DNA of 32,000 nt, taken from NCBI GenBank assembly GCA_030849405.1, contig CP116499.1:180001-212000 (forward strand), given 5' to 3'. The position numbers and the translations under genes are program-made. This document shows, piece by piece, positions 28,501-32,000 of this stretch (position 1 is the first letter of the stretch; every line of letters starts with the position of its first letter). The notes beneath the pieces were generated by a model. It was not told where the DNA came from. It searched no databases and worked only from the letters and a program-made list of their open reading frames with translations. Source of the stretch: Candidatus Saccharimonadota bacterium. GTDB taxonomy: Bacteria; Pseudomonadota; Gammaproteobacteria; Enterobacterales; Enterobacteriaceae_A.

Positions 28501-29439
28501 ATGAAAACTTTAATTATTATAACTATGCATGGACAAGCTTCTAAAAATTTATTATTAACAACTGAAATGTTAATTGGTAAACAAAAAGACGTAATTTTTA
28601 TTGATTTTTTATCAGGTGATAGTACTGATGATTTATTTAATAAATACAATCAAGAAATTAATTATTTAAATATTAATGATAATATCATTTTTTTAGTAGA
28701 TATATGGGGTGGTAGTCCATTTAATACAGCTTGTCGTATTTCAAAACAAAAAAAAAATGTAGAAATTATTTCTGGTGTTAATATACCAATGTTAATTGAA
28801 TTATTTATGTCTAGAGATGATAATTTAACATTTAAAGAATTAATTTCAAAAATTTATGAAAGTGGTAGAAATGGAATTAAGTTATTTAAAAATTTAAATA
28901 ATATTAAAAAAAAAAAAGAAAAAAAAAAAAAACAATATAATAATAATAAACATATGAATATTAAATTAATAAGAATTGATGATAGATTAATACATGGACA
29001 AATTGTAACTAGATGGGTAAAAGAAATATATGTTAATAGAATTATTGTTATTAATGATGAAGTAAATAATGATAATATTAGAAAAACTTTATTAACTCAA
29101 ATTTCACCACCAGGAATTACTTCTCATGTTATTAATATAGATAAAACAATTCGTGTTTGGAATAATCCAAAATATTTTAATGATAATGTAATGTTTTTAT
29201 TTACTAATCCAAATGATATATTAAAAATAATTAAAAAAGGAATTAAAATTAAAAGTATTAATATTGGTGGGATGTCATATAAAAAAGGAAAAAAACAAAT
29301 TAATGATGCTATTTCTGTAAATGAAAAAGATATTAAAGCATTTAAAGAATTAAATAGTTTAGGTATTGAATTAGAAGTTCGTAAAGTACCTAGTGATAGA
29401 AAAGTTAATATTATGGACTTAATAAATAGTATTAGATAA
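28501..29439 (+). CDS. manX: PTS mannose-family enzyme IIAB
   Basis: 312 aa ORF. The IIA domain has IIITMHGQASKNLL (phospho-His10 context) and VDIWGGSPFN. The IIB domain has LIRIDDRLIHGQIVTRW (phospho-His context). It is colinear with E. coli ManX to the C-terminus (GIELEVRKV...MDLI). Confidence 0.94.
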   Translation: MKTLIIITMHGQASKNLLLTTEMLIGKQKDVIFIDFLSGDSTDDLFNKYNQEINYLNINDNIIFLVDIWGGSPFNTACRISKQKKNVEIISGVNIPMLIELFMSRDDNLTFKELISKIYESGRNGIKLFKNLNNIKKKKEKKKKQYNNNKHMNIKLIRIDDRLIHGQIVTRWVKEIYVNRIIVINDEVNNDNIRKTLLTQISPPGITSHVINIDKTIRVWNNPKYFNDNVMFLFTNPNDILKIIKKGIKIKSINIGGMSYKKGKKQINDAISVNEKDIKAFKELNSLGIELEVRKVPSDRKVNIMDLINSIR

Positions 29440-29475
29440 ACGTTTAAATAATTTTCATTATATAATTAGGAATAT

Positions 29476-30264
29476 ATGGAAATTAATACATTTAAAGTTT
29501 TTTTAATATTTATTATATCTTTTATAATTGGAATGGATTCTATATTAGATGAATTTCAATTTCATAGACCATTAATTGCATGTACATTAGTTGGATATAT
29601 TTTAAATGATATTAAAACTGGTTTTATAATTGGTGGAACATTAGAAATGATAACATTAGGTTGGATGAATATTGGTGCAGCTATTGCTCCAGATTCAGCA
29701 TTAGCTTCAATTATATCTACAATTTTAATTATTGCTGGTGGTCAAAAAATTGGTTCTGGTATAGCTTTAGCTATACCTTTAGCTGCTATTGGTCAAATTT
29801 TAAATATTATTATACGTACATTTATTATAATAATGCAACATGCAGCTGATAAAGCAGCAAAAAAAAATAATTTAAAAGCTATTAGTTTTATACATATTAT
29901 TTCTTTATTTATTCATTCTATGAGAATAGCAATACCATCTTTAATTTTTATTTTTTCACTTAAATCACCTATTATTAATCATATTTTAAATTCAATTCCT
30001 GAAAATATAACAACAGGTTTAAATATATCAGGGGGAATAATTGTTGTTATAGGTTATGCAATGGTAATTAATATGATGTGTGCTAAATATTTAATGCCTT
30101 TTTTCTTTGCTGGTTTTGTTATAGCTGCATTTACTAATTTTAATTTAGTAGCTTTAGGAATGTTAGGTATTATTATGGCTATAATATATATACAACTAAA
30201 TCCTAAATATTATAAAAATAATTATATTAAAAATAATAATGATATTGATAATGAATTAGATTAA
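29476..30264 (+). CDS. manY: PTS mannose-family enzyme IIC
   Basis: 262 aa polytopic membrane ORF following manX, with ManY-like FQFHRPLIACTLVGYILND and TLGWMNIGAAIAPDSALASII. Confidence 0.92.
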   Translation: MEINTFKVFLIFIISFIIGMDSILDEFQFHRPLIACTLVGYILNDIKTGFIIGGTLEMITLGWMNIGAAIAPDSALASIISTILIIAGGQKIGSGIALAIPLAAIGQILNIIIRTFIIIMQHAADKAAKKNNLKAISFIHIISLFIHSMRIAIPSLIFIFSLKSPIINHILNSIPENITTGLNISGGIIVVIGYAMVINMMCAKYLMPFFFAGFVIAAFTNFNLVALGMLGIIMAIIYIQLNPKYYKNNYIKNNNDIDNELD

Positions 30265-30284
30265 AGGTTATTAAATTTTATTTT

Positions 30285-31109
30285 ATGGTTAAAAAACTTA
30301 CTTTTATTGATATTAGTAAAGTTATAATTCGTTCAAATTTTTTCCAAGGTTCATGGAATTTTGAACGTATGCAAGCATTAGGTTTTTGTTTTTCAATAGT
30401 GCCTGCAATACGTAAATTGTATTCTAAAAAAACAAATGAAAGAAAATTAGCAATACAAAGACATCTTGAATTTTTTAATACTCATCCATATGTTTCAGCT
30501 CCGATTATTGGTGTTGTTTTAGCTTTAGAAGAACAACGTGCTAATGGTATTGATATAAATGATTCTACAATTAATAATATTAAAATTGGTTTAATGGGTC
30601 CTCTTGCTGGAGTAGGAGATCCAATTTTTTGGGGAACTATCAGACCTGTTTTATCAGCTTTAGGTGCTGGTATAGCTATGAGTGGTAATTTATTAGGACC
30701 TATTATTTTTTTTATTTCATTTAATTTAATAAGATTATTAATACGTTATTTTGGTATTTTTTATGGTTATAAAAAAGGTTTAAATATTTTAAAAGATATT
30801 AGTAATGGAGTATTGCAAAAAATAACAGAAGGTTCTTCTATTTTAGGTTTATTTGTTATGGGAGCTTTAGTAAATAAATGGACACATATTAATATTCCAT
30901 TTGTTATTTCAAGAATAAAAGAAACTTCTGGTGATATTAAAATTATTACAATTCAAAATATTTTAGATCAATTAATACCTGGTTTAATACCATTATTATT
31001 AACATTTTTATGTATGTGGTTGTTAAAAAAAATAAATGCATTATGGTTAATATTATTATTTTTTGTATTTGGAATTTTTGGGTATACATTCGGAATTTTA
31101 GGAATATAA
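30285..31109 (+). CDS. manZ: PTS mannose-family enzyme IID
   Basis: 274 aa ORF with FFQGSWNFERMQALGFCFSIVPAIRKLY, HLEFFNTHPYVSAPIIGV and GPLAGVGDPIFWGTIRPV, ManZ signatures. Confidence 0.94.
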   Translation: MVKKLTFIDISKVIIRSNFFQGSWNFERMQALGFCFSIVPAIRKLYSKKTNERKLAIQRHLEFFNTHPYVSAPIIGVVLALEEQRANGIDINDSTINNIKIGLMGPLAGVGDPIFWGTIRPVLSALGAGIAMSGNLLGPIIFFISFNLIRLLIRYFGIFYGYKKGLNILKDISNGVLQKITEGSSILGLFVMGALVNKWTHINIPFVISRIKETSGDIKIITIQNILDQLIPGLIPLLLTFLCMWLLKKINALWLILLFFVFGIFGYTFGILGI

Positions 31110-31281
31110 GTTATTATTTAATTTAATATTTTAAAATATTATTATAAAAATATATTTTATTTATATAATTAAATAAATTTATTAATTTAATATTTTATTT
31201 AAATTATATTTATTTATTAATTTTTAAAATAATTTAATATTGTATTAAATTTAATATATTCTAAATAGTTTTAAGGTAATT

Positions 31282-32000
31282 ATGTTAAACAATAAACATA
31301 ATAAATTATTAATTATTGGATCTGGTCCAGCTGGTTATACAGCTGCAATATATGGAGCACGTGCTAATTTAAAACCATTATTAATTACTGGTTTAAATCC
31401 AGGTGGACAATTAATAACTACAAATTTAATTGAAAATTGGCCTGGAGATTTTCAAAATATTACTGGTTATAATTTAATGGATCGTATGTATAAACATGCT
31501 AAAAAATTCAAAACAGAAATTATATTTGATTATATAAAAAAAACAAATTTCAAAAAATCTCCATTTTTATTGATTGGAGAAAAAAACACTTATACTTGTG
31601 ATTCATTAATTATAGCAACTGGAGCGTCTGCAAAATATTTAAAAATTCCTTCTATTGAATTTTATAAAGGTAAAGGGGTTTCTACTTGTGCAACATGTGA
31701 TGGTTTTATATACAAAAAAAAAAAAGTAGCTGTTATAGGTGGTGGAAATAATGCAATTGAAGAAACATTATATTTATCTAATATTACTAATGAAGTTCAT
31801 TTAATACATAGACGAAATAAATTTAAAGCTGAAAAAATTTTAATTAATAGATTAATTAAAAAAAGTAAAAAAAAAAAAATTTTTATTTATACTAATTATA
31901 TTGTTGAAAAAATTAATGGTAATGGTAAAATAATTACTAGTATAGATATTAAAAATTTAAATAATAATAATATTAAAAATATTATAATTAATGGTGTTTT
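31282..32000 (+). CDS. trxB: Thioredoxin reductase, N-terminal about 239 codons (continues past the right edge)
   Basis: Translation from ATG 31282 gives MLNNKHNKLLIIGSGPAGYTAAIYGARANLKPLLITG...GQL...NWPG...STCATCDGF...VAVIGGGNNAIEE: FAD-binding GxGxxG, the redox-active CATC and NADPH-binding GGGN. It is not in the ORF track because it runs off the edge. Confidence 0.93.
   Translation, partial: MLNNKHNKLLIIGSGPAGYTAAIYGARANLKPLLITGLNPGGQLITTNLIENWPGDFQNITGYNLMDRMYKHAKKFKTEIIFDYIKKTNFKKSPFLLIGEKNTYTCDSLIIATGASAKYLKIPSIEFYKGKGVSTCATCDGFIYKKKKVAVIGGGNNAIEETLYLSNITNEVHLIHRRNKFKAEKILINRLIKKSKKKKIFIYTNYIVEKINGNGKIITSIDIKNLNNNNIKNIIINGV

Noticed and set aside
31110-31281. Repeated AATTTAATATT(TTA) words in the manZ-trxB spacer; considered as possible direct repeats or iterons.
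   Set aside because: This is low-complexity sequence made almost purely of A and T. The repeats are short, irregularly spaced and imperfect, so they cannot be distinguished from compositional noise without genome-wide statistics.
1-32000. Alternative genetic code (UGA read as Trp), as in some tiny-genome symbionts.
   Set aside because: All conserved Trp positions I checked (for example in cyoB, trpB and rpoD) use TGG. TGA terminates cyoC at the expected protein length, and no conserved gene is interrupted by an in-frame TGA.
1-32000. Mobile elements, CRISPR arrays, prophage, toxin-antitoxin or defence islands, and pseudogenes.
   Set aside because: Every ORF longer than about 70 aa outside known genes is accounted for, and the largest spacer is about 190 nt. 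There are no regularly spaced repeats, no transposase or integrase-like ORFs, and all recognised genes are full-length and in frame.

Overview
This window comes from an extremely A+T-rich, gene-dense, strongly reduced gammaproteobacterial genome. Gene content and residual synteny look Enterobacterales-like, which fits an obligate insect endosymbiont, but I cannot name the organism from sequence alone. The genetic code is standard: TGA is used as a stop (end of cyoC) and TGG encodes Trp. I can support 32 protein genes and 5 tRNA genes, all housekeeping or nutritional. In order they are: the start of the str operon (rpsL-rpsG-fusA), eno, tadA, rsmD, gyrA, tRNA-Thr/Tyr/Gly, secE, rplK-rplA, yggX, the rpsU-dnaG-rpoD operon preceded by tRNA-Asn, trpD-trpC(F)-trpB-trpA, trpS, rplY, htpX, tRNA-Arg, cyoABCD, tyrS, metG, sppA, manXYZ and the 5' part of trxB. 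No intergenic gap exceeds about 190 nt. I see no mobile elements, CRISPR arrays, prophage, toxin-antitoxin or defence genes, and no unassigned long ORFs. I therefore do not find a novel multi-gene system here and will not claim one. What deserves a second look are signatures of genome erosion and of what survived it. These are nusG, thrT-tufB and cyoE missing from otherwise conserved clusters, a trp operon without trpE/G or an attenuator, and a gyrA whose conserved N-terminus lies upstream of the first ATG with no canonical start codon. They also include an eroded GyrA C-terminal domain without a recognisable GyrA-box, three near-consensus sigma70 promoters sharing a TTGACATTTT core in otherwise G/C-free spacers, and a single GC-containing hairpin between yggX and rpoD. 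Finally there are very long in-frame poly(A) tracts inside essential genes and tRNA genes without encoded CCA.
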